Origin: a virus
Lineage: Duplodnaviria; Heunggongvirae; Uroviricota; Caudoviricetes
Strand: one strand, 5' to 3'
IMG/VR virus record: IMGVR_UViG_3300011960_000019
Length of the DNA: 14,156 nucleotides
The position numbers were made by a program, and so were the translations under genes. Below are positions 6,888 through 14,156 of the stretch, in pieces; position 1 is the first letter of the stretch, and each line of letters opens with the position of its first letter. Under the pieces are notes generated by a model. That model did no database searches and was not told where the DNA came from. It worked only from the letters and a program-made list of their open reading frames with translations.

Positions 6888-7637
6888 ATGCATTCATTTG
6901 CATTTGCTTTCAAAAACATCCTCAAGACCATGATGTTTATACTGGGAATATTAAATGACTATTTCTCTGTGGGTTTAAGGAGAAAAGATATTAAAGAAAA
7001 AATCAGTGAACTCAATGAAAAAAAAGAAAGATTAAAGCGCGAAGAAATTATCATTGATTTATACAAGAAAAAGCTCGCCTCTAGCAAGGGGAAAGTTGAT
7101 GACAAAATCAGAGAAAAAATCGCTCAACATATTGCCAGAGAGTTGGAAGATAACCTTGATGATGAAATTCTGCGACATGATGTTTTCATGAAGATAAGTG
7201 AGGCAGGAGAACAGGTTGAAGTTATAATTCATGAAAGAAAAGTCAGTGAGCAGGTAAATAAAAAAGAAACTGTAGTGAATTTGTTTTTATTGCATGAAAA
7301 GAATAAATTATTTAAAGCTAAGGCATTATCTGCTTTTTTTATAATTATAAACTTAGTGATGGTTGCAACTTTGAATCTACCAGCTTGGTCTTTTGTTATA
7401 GGTTGTATCATTATCTTTCTAATCGAGTTAAAAGATCAACTGCTTACCTTTCGTGTCTCTAAAGGATATTTTGGCACAAGTGCATATGAAGCGATTCAGT
7501 TGCTTAAATTTATCAGAGAAAATTCCGATAAATTCGACTCAGATGATAATGACGGCAACCCACGACGTATATTAAATCCAAAGGACATAACAAAAAAATC
7601 AGACAACTTATTTGAAAAAGGATGGCAGAATGTTTGA
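6888..7637 (+). CDS. AT-rich hypothetical membrane protein A (coiled-coil N-terminus, two adjacent TM helices)
   Basis: AGGA at 6875-6878 suits the ATG at 6888 (6879 is too close; later Mets are possible). It has a K/E-rich helical region and hydrophobic segments SAFFIIINLVMVATL and PAWSFVIGCIIIFLIEL. Spot GC counts are 19/60 (6901-6960) and 12/60 (7261-7320). Confidence 0.8.
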   Translation: MHSFAFAFKNILKTMMFILGILNDYFSVGLRRKDIKEKISELNEKKERLKREEIIIDLYKKKLASSKGKVDDKIREKIAQHIARELEDNLDDEILRHDVFMKISEAGEQVEVIIHERKVSEQVNKKETVVNLFLLHEKNKLFKAKALSAFFIIINLVMVATLNLPAWSFVIGCIIIFLIELKDQLLTFRVSKGYFGTSAYEAIQLLKFIRENSDKFDSDDNDGNPRRILNPKDITKKSDNLFEKGWQNV

Positions 7638-8052
7638 CGCTGACGCCATCACTAAACGATTAAATCAGTGCCTTGATCTACTTTTCCTCAAGCAGCCCTT
7701 AAGAACTGTATTCGGAATGCTGGTGGGGTTCATTATTTTTGTTTTAGTTTACTCATTTAGGCTGGCGATAGCTCAAAGTCTTTTTGAAGTAGATCGTGTA
7801 CATTACACTGCATGTTTCGTTATCGGTCTTTTGATTGTTCACACAAGAACAATTATTGACGCTTTCCAAGGCACAGCTGTTGATGAAGAAATAAATAGCA
7901 TGATCGGTGTTGTTATGAAACAGCCGCACTTATCCGATCTACAAAAAAATATGATGATCGCTGAAATACTTCAAAAGGAAATTGCTGCTATAGGCCAAAA
8001 GAGATTAGATATGGCCTCACAAGAAATAACCGAGAAAAAGACAACTGATTAA
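7630..8052 (+). CDS. AT-rich hypothetical membrane protein B (two TM helices, about 140 aa)
   Basis: AAAGGA RBS at 7617-7622; the ATG at 7630 overlaps the stop of gene A. Hydrophobic segments are VFGMLVGFIIFVLVYSF and YTACFVIGLLIV. Confidence 0.8.
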   Translation: MFDADAITKRLNQCLDLLFLKQPLRTVFGMLVGFIIFVLVYSFRLAIAQSLFEVDRVHYTACFVIGLLIVHTRTIIDAFQGTAVDEEINSMIGVVMKQPHLSDLQKNMMIAEILQKEIAAIGQKRLDMASQEITEKKTTD

Positions 8053-8059
8053 ATTAATT

Positions 8060-8113
8060 GCCTGCGTCTGTATATTAAATATTAATTAGCTAATTAGATA
8101 TACAGACGCAGGC
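8060..8113. repeat. 16-bp perfect inverted repeat enclosing a 22-nt AT-rich spacer that contains a 14-bp palindrome
   Basis: GCCTGCGTCTGTATAT (8060-8075) pairs with ATATACAGACGCAGGC (8098-8113). The inner palindrome is TAATTAGCTAATTA (8083-8096). Confidence 0.95.
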
Positions 8114-8148
8114 TTTGAACTCCCAGACACATTCCCTTCCGATTCTAC

Positions 8149-8177
8149 TTCCAAAAACAGTCTCCAGTCGCTATGAT
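8149..8177 (+). promoter_or_regulatory. Putative sigma70 promoter for the replication operon
   Basis: TTCCAA - 17 bp - TATGAT, 44 nt upstream of the ATG at 8222. Confidence 0.55.
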
Positions 8178-8189
8178 TCGCCCATTGTG

Positions 8190-8214
8190 GTAAGTAAGTA
8201 GCTACCTATCATGC
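8190..8214 (+). promoter_or_regulatory. Operator-like repeated motif, copy 2
   Basis: GTAAGTA-AGTAGC-TACCTAT-CATGC lies between the predicted -10 and the GAGG RBS. Confidence 0.55.
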
Positions 8215-8221
8215 GAGGCAC

Positions 8222-8947
8222 ATGAGCCAGATCTTCTTTAACATTATTAACAACGACCAGTACGACTTCATGACCGAGTGGGACACCACAGTCATGGACA
8301 AGTGGGTGGCCGAGAATATTGGGCTGTCACGCTGCAAGGATGAGGCGGAGCTGTTCGAGACAAAGTGGTTTGATTACCGCGACATGCACCCGCTTATGGC
8401 CACATGCCTCTTCACTGAGGCATACAAGCGCCAGTACTCATACATTATGCTGTCGCATGGCCGCGAACACTATGAGACGGCCCAATTCACTACCGGTTTG
8501 AAACGTGTGCCGTATCAGGAGCTGTCGACGGCCAACAAAACGTCTCTCTGGAAAGCACGCCAGTTTGCCGACCAGTACTGCTGCTCTTATGACTACTTCA
8601 TTTCTACCGTTCTTTCCGCAGCTGCACGCCGTCTGTGGGACAAATTACCTCGTCCCCAGCATCTCTGGCAGCCCGAGCTGATCGAGATATTCGAAGAGAA
8701 GTTAGCCAAACGCGCTGTAACCCGTCTGGATGACTCGCTGGTGAGTTTTAAGCATCTGGGAGACATGCAGCACGACCCGATTCAAGAACGCTATTTTGAG
8801 TGGGTTCTGGAGCGTCTGCGTGGCATTACCCGAGACAAGCGCGTCCGCATCATCTTCTCCGCTGTCTGGTTGATGGAAATCGTGCCTGAGCGTGTGGTTT
8901 ACACGCACTTCCCGGAAGAACTGGAAGAAGCACGGCGATTCTGTTGA
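8222..8947 (+). CDS. Conserved phage hypothetical protein upstream of the helicase (possible replication or loader role)
   Basis: 241 aa ORF with a GAGG RBS and backbone-like composition. It is the first gene of the helicase-primase cluster. The function is a positional inference only. Confidence 0.8.
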   Translation: MSQIFFNIINNDQYDFMTEWDTTVMDKWVAENIGLSRCKDEAELFETKWFDYRDMHPLMATCLFTEAYKRQYSYIMLSHGREHYETAQFTTGLKRVPYQELSTANKTSLWKARQFADQYCCSYDYFISTVLSAAARRLWDKLPRPQHLWQPELIEIFEEKLAKRAVTRLDDSLVSFKHLGDMQHDPIQERYFEWVLERLRGITRDKRVRIIFSAVWLMEIVPERVVYTHFPEELEEARRFC

Positions 8948-9007
8948 TCCCCTATTTGGCTTTTTTAGTATTAGAAAACAAATTGTTTAAGCACCAAAGG
9001 AAAGCAC

Positions 9008-10348
9008 ATGACCGAACTTTGCCACACAGGACGAGGGTTGTCTGAAGAGTTCGACGACGATTTCCAGAATCGACTCGCAGCCTACTTCTGTCGCGACCAT
9101 GAATTTCTGACTCGCGCCGGTGATCTGGTTGCGCCAAACCAGTTCTCCAATGCGGCTAACGCCATTCTGGTGAACATGGTGTCGGGCTACTACAGAATGT
9201 ATAAGAGTGCACCATCATCGTCGGCCATCCTCGACATGCTCAAACGCGCCAAACGCGATAAGACTATCCGCGAAGAGCTATTCCCCGACGTCGTTGAGGC
9301 GTTTAAGCGGATTCTCGCTGAGAAGCTGTCAGACACGGTGTACATGGTCGACCAAGTCGCGACATTCGCCAAAAGCGTGGCGTTCGACGATGCGCTAATC
9401 AAAGCGGCTGAGATGAAGGAGAAGGGCGATTTCCAGGGCGCGATGGCAATCATGGCCAAAGTCCAGCAAATCGGCTCTAACGAAGCGACCGGCATCTACG
9501 ATTACTTCTCTGAGTCAGCAGAGCGTTACAAGTCGCGTGAGTACGAGGCATCCGATGATTACGTGCCAAACAGCATCACTACGGGTCTTCCCCTGCTCGA
9601 TAAACTGCTTTACCAGAAAGGCTGGGCCAAGCGTGAAATGGTGCTGTTCATGGGATTCGCGAAGTCTGGTAAATCGACGGCGATGGGGGAGTTCTCGATC
9701 AACGCTACGCTTGCCGGTTACAACGTCCTGTATCTGTCGCTGGAAGTACACACCTCTATTCTGTCAGACCGTTTTGACGCCCGTCTGTCTGAGACCGAAA
9801 TGTCCAAGCTGGTGGAACGCCGCGACGATGTCCATCGCAAACTTGCAGAGCTGGGCGCGACGAAAGGCGTGGGGAGTTTGTGGATTGTAGAGCGACCGTC
9901 CGGAAGCATGTCGCCTGCAGATCTGGATCGTATGTTGGGCAGTATGAAAGCCAATGGCATGATCCCCGACATGGTCGTGGTCGACTACGCCGACCTGATG
10001 CGTGCCAGCTACGACCTCCGCGACGACCGCGCCAACATTCGTAGCATCTACACTGACCTGCGTGCGCTGTACGACAAACACAACGTTGCCGGTATCACTG
10101 CATCGCAGACCAACAGGGAAGGTGGCGCTTCTGAGGTGGCCACAATGATGCACGCAGCGGACAACATCGAGAAGGTGCGTATCGCCGACCTCGTTATCAC
10201 TATCAACAAAACAGAAGAGGAAGAAGCAAAAGGCGAGGCAAGACTCTACTTTGCTGGTTCACGTAACCAGAAGGGCGGGGTGAGCATCCGTGTCAAACAG
10301 AACCTGGAACAAATGCGATTTATCGAAAGAATCATGGATGTTTTATAA
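9008..10348 (+). CDS. dnaB: Replicative DNA helicase, DnaB/SF4 family
   Basis: ITTGLPLLDKLL..GW, Walker A GFAKSGKS, H1a YLSLE, Walker B VVVDYAD, H3 TASQTNR, and a C-terminal SRNQ arginine-finger-like motif. Confidence 0.92.
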   Translation: MTELCHTGRGLSEEFDDDFQNRLAAYFCRDHEFLTRAGDLVAPNQFSNAANAILVNMVSGYYRMYKSAPSSSAILDMLKRAKRDKTIREELFPDVVEAFKRILAEKLSDTVYMVDQVATFAKSVAFDDALIKAAEMKEKGDFQGAMAIMAKVQQIGSNEATGIYDYFSESAERYKSREYEASDDYVPNSITTGLPLLDKLLYQKGWAKREMVLFMGFAKSGKSTAMGEFSINATLAGYNVLYLSLEVHTSILSDRFDARLSETEMSKLVERRDDVHRKLAELGATKGVGSLWIVERPSGSMSPADLDRMLGSMKANGMIPDMVVVDYADLMRASYDLRDDRANIRSIYTDLRALYDKHNVAGITASQTNREGGASEVATMMHAADNIEKVRIADLVITINKTEEEEAKGEARLYFAGSRNQKGGVSIRVKQNLEQMRFIERIMDVL

Positions 10349-10353
10349 AAAAC

Positions 10354-10378
10354 AGGCGTGGAAAGTCTCTCCACGCCT
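10354..10378. terminator. Hairpin after the helicase gene (possibly bidirectional terminator)
   Basis: AGGCGTGGA-N7-TCCACGCCT, preceded by an A-tract (TAAAAAAC), which would be a U-tract on the minus strand. Confidence 0.55.
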
Positions 10379-10498
10379 TAATCCATCAGAGATTTAAGTT
10401 TTCTTTTGCCAAAACCACAAAAGAAAAACACATGAGCCTCTATGGTAACTAAAAACCGAGAGTAATCAAAATATTGCCTGAAAAAAGTAGGTTTAAAC

Positions 10499-11614
10499 GT
10501 GAGCGACCTGAAAGAGTTACTGACCGAGCTGGATTTTGAACAATGGCTCGATACTGAAGGCATTATCTATCGTCGCGGCGGAGTGAGTACGCGCGGGCGA
10601 GAAATTAACATCAAAGAGTGTCCAGTATGCGGCAGCTCAAACTGGAAAGTGTATTTCAACCTCTCTCATGGCGTAGGTAAATGTTTTGCGGGCGATCACC
10701 CCGAAGAGATTCAGTTTAACAAGCTGGTTTTTCTTAAGCACTACAGTGGCAAATCACGCCGGGATTTTGAGGCATACGTTCAGAATGCCTTAATCTCGCA
10801 GGGGTGGGCGCCGAAGAAAGAAGAAGTGGTGTTATCCATTGGTGTTGAGCTTGAGGGGCCAGTTGCTCTTCCTCGCCACTATGAACTGCCTATCGATGGG
10901 CGACTTCCTGATTATCTCGTTAAGCGTCTCATAACGCCGGAAATGGCCAGATACTTTGACCTTCGTTATTGCGTGGAAGGTAAGCACGCGTATGTCGATC
11001 CCTACACCGACCAGGTGAAGGGGCAGGTGTTTGACATGCGCATTCTCATACCGGTTTACGATCTGGATGGTGTCATGAAGACATTCCAGGGGCGTGATGT
11101 CACCGGCACAGCAGAACGTCGCTACCTTTTCCCCATGCAGCTGCCAGCCTCCGGAAAGTTTCTCTACAACGGCCATAACGCGGTCGGAAAGCAGACGGTC
11201 GTCGTGTGTGAAGGTGCGTTTGATGTCATGGGGGTTAAGCGCGCCATATTCGAAGAAGAGACGTTGCGAGAGTACGTCGAGCCAATAGGTACGTTCGGGA
11301 TGCACTTATCCGGAAACACAACGGAAGATGCAGAAGACCAGCTGGGCGCGTTCCTGACATTGAAGGCCCGTGGCCTGCGAAACGTCATTATGATGTGGGA
11401 TAGCGAGAAGCAAGCGATCCGCAACACGATGTCGGCTGCCAGACGGATCGCCAGTCTGGGCATCAATGTTAAAGTCGCCTGCTTGGGAGAGGAAGGACTT
11501 GACCCGGGCGACGCGACGCCAGAGCAAATCCTCAAGGCTTATTATCGTGCTAAACCATATACCAAACAGCTTGAATTGTTAGCCAAAATTAAAGGAATAG
11601 CAGCATTACTTTGA
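10499..11614 (+). CDS. Phage DNA primase (zinc-binding domain plus TOPRIM)
   Basis: GTG start. CPVC...C/H zinc-binding region, FQGR and YLF catalytic-core motifs, TOPRIM VVCEGAFD, MMWDSE and DPGD. Adjacent to the helicase. Confidence 0.88.
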   Translation: MSDLKELLTELDFEQWLDTEGIIYRRGGVSTRGREINIKECPVCGSSNWKVYFNLSHGVGKCFAGDHPEEIQFNKLVFLKHYSGKSRRDFEAYVQNALISQGWAPKKEEVVLSIGVELEGPVALPRHYELPIDGRLPDYLVKRLITPEMARYFDLRYCVEGKHAYVDPYTDQVKGQVFDMRILIPVYDLDGVMKTFQGRDVTGTAERRYLFPMQLPASGKFLYNGHNAVGKQTVVVCEGAFDVMGVKRAIFEEETLREYVEPIGTFGMHLSGNTTEDAEDQLGAFLTLKARGLRNVIMMWDSEKQAIRNTMSAARRIASLGINVKVACLGEEGLDPGDATPEQILKAYYRAKPYTKQLELLAKIKGIAALL

Positions 11615-12859
11615 GTTAACTTCGGAAATATAGACGTTCACAGAGAACGTCTTTACCTCAGTTTTGAAGTTGTCTGTCATAACCGCAAGGTAGGCATTAT
11701 TGCTTTCATTGAATCGCTTCAAAATAATCTGGACATTGTCTGTGCAGACAAAGGATGTTGCCTGATTTCCTGCATTGTCTGTATTATCTTGTAGAAAGTT
11801 ACAGTCAATTTTTCCATTATTAGCTTTGAAGGTGGCAACGTCACTCTGCCAAGTAAATGTCGCATTTACACCTTTATCTATTGATTTTGCAATAAGACGA
11901 TTGCTATCAATTTTATTCTTTGGTTGTTTTACAGACGTGCGAAAATAACCTAGTCTCTTCATATCATTAAGTGAGTCGCAGCCAATTTTTTCGCCTTTGT
12001 CACAAGATGTCTGATAAAGTTCACTTGCTTTTTGGTAGTCTTTTTTTACGCCCAATCCGTTTAAATACAAATATCCTAAGTTTGCCAAGGCCGCCTCATT
12101 GCCTTTATCTGCCGCCTTTTCTAAGTATGAGCGGGCAAGAGAATAATTCTTTGGAGTGCCTTCACCATGAATGTACATATAACCAAGATTTGACATACCC
12201 ATAGGATCTCCAAGATCTGCTGCCTTTTTGTACCATTTAATGGCTTCAGCATCATCTCGTTTTGTTCCAATCCCTTCATCATACAATGAGGCCAGGCTAG
12301 TAATAGCTTTTACATAGTTTTTATCAGCCGCTTTTTTATACAATTCAAAAGTTTTCTTACTATTCTTAGGGACTCCGTTTCCAGACAGATATTTCGCACC
12401 TAAATAATACATAGACTCTGGACTGCCGGCAGCCACAGCAAGTTTATAGTATTTAATAGCTAAAGCAGAGTCCGGGTTACCTACCAGGCCTTTTTCATAA
12501 AAAACTGCAAGATTATTGTAGGCAGCACCTTCTACCGCATTGTCAGCAATTTTATATAACTGTTCAGCCCTACGGTAATCCTTGTTGACGCCATATCCAA
12601 ATGTGTACATTAATGCGAGGGCGTGAGAGGCTGGCTTATCTCCTTTTTCCACTGCCGATGTGAGCCATTTTTTTGCTTGAGGATAGTTCTTTTCGAAGCC
12701 GTTTATGCCTTTTAGATAGTTTACCCCTAAATCACGCTGCGAAATGATATCTCCACCTGCGGCAGATTCAATAAGTCTCTGATTTTCATTAGCTACCGCC
12801 GAACCAGAATTTAGAAACAGTGACAATGCGAGTAGTGCTGTTGAGTTGATGAATTTCAT
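11606..12859 (-). CDS. Secreted Sel1-like repeat (SLR) protein with about 7 repeats and a C-terminal beta-rich domain
   Basis: Signal peptide MKFINSTALLALSLFLNSGSAVA. Seven 36-aa repeats follow the pattern A...LG..Y..G.GV.KD...A...Y.KAA..G. GC is low (15/60 at 12301-12360). It is the only long minus-strand gene and overlaps the primase stop by 9 nt. Confidence 0.9.
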   Translation of the reverse strand: MKFINSTALLALSLFLNSGSAVANENQRLIESAAGGDIISQRDLGVNYLKGINGFEKNYPQAKKWLTSAVEKGDKPASHALALMYTFGYGVNKDYRRAEQLYKIADNAVEGAAYNNLAVFYEKGLVGNPDSALAIKYYKLAVAAGSPESMYYLGAKYLSGNGVPKNSKKTFELYKKAADKNYVKAITSLASLYDEGIGTKRDDAEAIKWYKKAADLGDPMGMSNLGYMYIHGEGTPKNYSLARSYLEKAADKGNEAALANLGYLYLNGLGVKKDYQKASELYQTSCDKGEKIGCDSLNDMKRLGYFRTSVKQPKNKIDSNRLIAKSIDKGVNATFTWQSDVATFKANNGKIDCNFLQDNTDNAGNQATSFVCTDNVQIILKRFNESNNAYLAVMTDNFKTEVKTFSVNVYISEVNSK

Positions 12860-12984
12860 ATCGTTTCGTGTTTAACCAAGTGAATGTCGTGTGGTAGTCA
12901 AAGGTGCGTTTGTAGTTAGAGAGGTTACTTCAATTCGGTGAGCCTGTCAGTGTCAGTCTTCAAAGCGAGAGAGTGCCTACATTA

Positions 12985-13004
12985 ATAAGTAGATACATAC
13001 TTAT
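12985..13004 (+). promoter_or_regulatory. Operator-like repeated motif, copy 3 (perfect dyad)
   Basis: ATAAGTA-GATACA-TACTTAT, about 40 nt upstream of the ATG at 13046. Confidence 0.6.
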
Positions 13005-13045
13005 GTTTCTGTAAGAATAAGCGCATTGTTGAGTGAGGAATACCG

Positions 13046-13648
13046 ATGAAAGAAGACATTCAAAAATCCGTGACAGAGATGATTGATAAATCGGGCGTGG
13101 AAATCGACGCTGACGAACGCCAGAAAATTGTTGGTGAAGCCATCGATGCGGCGTTGGAGCATATTGCACAGGTGCTGAAGACTGTATCGCTTGCAGAAGG
13201 TTCTTCTTACATGCGGGTATGGGTTCGCTTTGGAGAGTCCCATATCGAACGCTTCATGAAGCGCCTGGACGAGAACGAAGAGGGGGAGATGGGCAAAGAT
13301 CCGGATTCTGTTTACGAGTTCAAGCGTACCCGCAGCTGGTGGAAGCTGAAAGATGAGGATTCCGAAGACGGTGAAATCATCGACTTCGAGCCAGGCGACC
13401 CGGACTCAGGCTTTGCACATACGCTGGGCAAGATAGTGATTCGTCTGGAGAACGGCGTCATCGTTCGTGCCAGCGGTATCAAGCATAAGTACCTGGATGA
13501 AATCTGGAACAATCAGGAGAAGTATCGTGGACGCATCGTCGAGGTTCACTGCCATGAGAAAACGCCAGACGGTAGTTTACGCCACCCACGTCTGAAGTGG
13601 CCGAAATGTCTGCGAGATACCGAAGACCGTATTGGAGATAAAGACTGA
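13046..13648 (+). pseudogene. Apparent in-frame fusion of the N-terminus of an unrelated phage protein (aa 1 to about 65) with the C-terminal part of an ATP-dependent DNA ligase
   Basis: Ligase motifs IV (EGEMGK, 13280-13297), V (WWKLK) and the OB-fold/VI region (GSLRHPR) are present. Motifs I (KxDG), III and IIIa are absent from the 200 aa ORF. Confidence 0.75.
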
Positions 13649-13824
13649 TGCTCGGCTGGATGATTGTATTTTTGGTCGTCGGCATTGTTATCGGCAGTCT
13701 GGTGATGTCAAGCTGCATCAACGATTACGTAAAAGCCGGTGTCATGCAGAGGCGCGGCCGCATTTACCGCATTGTAGATATCACGTACACACTGAAGGAG
13801 ATTAAGGATGATCATGTTAAGTAA
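13648..13824 (+). CDS. Small single-pass membrane protein (58 aa), not in the supplied ORF track
   Basis: The ATG overlaps the previous stop (TGATG). Translation: MLGWMIVFLVVGIVIGSLVMSSCINDYVKAGVMQRRGRIYRIVDITYTLKEIKDDHVK. Confidence 0.72.
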   Translation: MLGWMIVFLVVGIVIGSLVMSSCINDYVKAGVMQRRGRIYRIVDITYTLKEIKDDHVK

Positions 13825-14020
13825 ACGGGAGAAAGAAACTCTGCGTGAAATCAGCCAGTGGAAACAGTTCTATGCCAACTGGAAGCCAAAGACCCGAGCC
13901 AAACTGGAACGTATGAATCTTGTCGCTAACGTTTCGCCAAAGGGATGTGTGGAGAACTATCAACTCACTGAAAAAGGACACTCACTATTGCAGCAATTGA
14001 CTGAGGCGGGGGCGTTCTGA
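13808..14020 (+). CDS. Small hypothetical protein, possible winged-helix DNA-binding fold
   Basis: AAGGAG RBS at 13795-13800. LSKREKETLREI...LERMNLV...YQLTEKGHSLL resembles a wHTH with a wing-terminal LTxKG motif. Confidence 0.68.
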   Translation: MIMLSKREKETLREISQWKQFYANWKPKTRAKLERMNLVANVSPKGCVENYQLTEKGHSLLQQLTEAGAF

Positions 14021-14156
14021 TGATTCCATACATCCTATTATCTTTTGCTGGGGGCCTGGCCCTCGGCTTCAGTATCTGTCGCGACCTGGTCAGGCAGGAA
14101 CTGAAAACCAAAACGCTTCGCATCGGTAAGCGTCTGTATCGGGTTGTTCACGAGAC
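14020..14156 (+). CDS. Small single-pass membrane protein, 3'-truncated by the window
   Basis: TGATG coupling to the previous gene. Translation: MIPYILLSFAGGLALGFSICRDLVRQELKTKTLRIGKRLYRVVHE..., with no stop before the window end. Confidence 0.68.
   Translation, partial: MIPYILLSFAGGLALGFSICRDLVRQELKTKTLRIGKRLYRVVHE

Larger units (their letters stand above)
1..14156. mobile_element. Segment of a phage-plasmid / temperate phage genome (SSU5/pHCM2-like organisation)
   Basis: Virion genes (tail fibre, adhesin), a lysis cassette, plasmid partition genes and phage replication genes (helicase, primase, ligase remnant) co-occur with no chromosomal housekeeping genes. The family name comes from recalled gene order, not a search. 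Confidence 0.85.

Noticed and set aside
8060-8113. Inverted repeat as a protelomerase telRL site or as IS/MITE ends
   Set aside because: telRL sites are essentially uninterrupted palindromes, whereas this has an asymmetric 22-nt spacer, and no protelomerase is in the window. No transposase, target-site duplication or matching repeat at the other cargo boundary is visible.
10378-10563. 61 aa minus-strand ORF between helicase and primase
   Set aside because: It overlaps the primase start, has no clear RBS and has a low-complexity translation, so it is probably spurious.

Overview
This window looks like part of a large enterobacterial phage-plasmid (temperate phage kept as a plasmid). The gene set and order resemble the SSU5/pHCM2/pMT1-like group; that assignment rests on recalled family organisation and was not searched. 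Backbone, almost all on the + strand: the 3' part of a mosaic long tail fibre with a C-terminal S74 chaperone, a T2-type gp38 adhesin, a lysis cassette (holin-like protein, probable endolysin with a hydrophobic C-terminal tail, overlapped i/o-spanins), a type Ib ParA plus RHH-like partner, a conserved hypothetical, a DnaB-like helicase, a TOPRIM primase, an apparently deleted and fused ATP-dependent DNA ligase, and small early-type ORFs. Three accessory blocks interrupt it: (i) a coupled two-gene unit encoding an unknown 127 aa protein and a GNAT-like protein behind a structured leader (4361-5615); (ii) an AT-rich pair of uncharacterised two-TM membrane proteins (6888-8052) between a terminator and a 54-bp inverted-repeat element; (iii) a minus-strand secreted Sel1-repeat protein. 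A recurring operator-like motif (GTAAGTA-N6-TACYTA) lies next to three predicted transcription starts. Blocks (i) and (ii) are the best candidates for undescribed systems such as phage defence, exclusion or toxin-antitoxin, but their functions are inferred, not shown.
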